A DNA stretch of 64,000 nt, taken from a virus. Lineage: Duplodnaviria; Heunggongvirae; Uroviricota; Caudoviricetes. Below the pieces are notes generated by a model that was not told the origin of the DNA, did not search any database, and worked only from the letters and a program-made list of their open reading frames with translations. The position numbers were made by a program, and so were the translations under genes. Location of the stretch: positions 67,877 through 131,876 of IMG/VR virus record IMGVR_UViG_3300028603_000019. One strand, given 5' to 3'. Positions 63,791-64,000 of the stretch are shown here, one piece after another (position 1 is the stretch's first letter; the number at the start of each line of letters is the position of its first letter).

Positions 63791-64000
63791 ATTTGCTCGA
63801 TAGCTCCTTGTTATTGTATGTTTATGACGTTGTATGGCTTTGGTGAATGTCCTAGCTATTCACAAGCCTATTTAGTATTTCGAAATCATTATTTGTTTCG
63901 ATTTTGAATTTTTCTTTTGTCTAAATAGAAGGTAATACAGCAGTCGCGAAGCCTTCACTCTTCCACTGCCTCTAGTCATAACACGAGATTCGACCAGCAC

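Noticed and set aside
1-64000. Prophage integration module, CRISPR array, IS element
   Set aside because: No integrase, recombinase or transposase motifs. No spacer-repeat arrays. The only long direct repeat is the internal-protein duplication at 47038..47737.

Overview
All recognisable genes in this 64 kb window are on the minus strand, and the window reads as a contiguous piece of a T4-like (Tevenvirinae-type) myovirus genome. It carries a replication/recombination core (gp32 ssDNA-binding protein, UvsX, gp41 helicase, gp61 primase, Dda helicase, ATP-dependent DNA ligase, DNA methyltransferase). It also carries a nucleotide-metabolism block (class II RNR NrdJ, ThyA, DHFR) with a CobS/CobT-like AAA+/VWA pair. 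There are two tRNA clusters totalling seven tRNAs, and a lysis cassette (GH19 endolysin with a peptidoglycan-binding domain, i-/o-spanin pair, membrane proteins). There is a large set of accessory 'moron' genes. These include an NAD+ salvage pair (NadV/NAMPT plus NadM-Nudix), a Macro domain and NADAR domain close together, a 2H phosphoesterase, RNA ligase 1, a PTH2 peptidyl-tRNA hydrolase, a GGQ-only release-factor fragment, a TilS-like lysidine synthetase, a SpoT-like HD hydrolase, an SPFH lipoprotein, and a partial Omp25/RopB-like beta-barrel outer-membrane protein at the 5' edge of the window. The DUF1127, DUF2786 and Omp25-like genes point to an alphaproteobacterial host (inference). Unexplained structure: three places where an open frame continues through a single in-frame stop codon (TGA, TAG, TGA) with tight start/stop coupling on both sides; two acidic proteins sharing a duplicated N-terminus rich in LxE motifs beside the endolysin; a conserved upstream leader motif; a repeated GC-rich hairpin; and a structured 212-nt intergenic region with a plus-strand terminator. 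No integrase, CRISPR array or IS element was seen. Every function is inferred from motifs read by eye; nothing was searched against a database.
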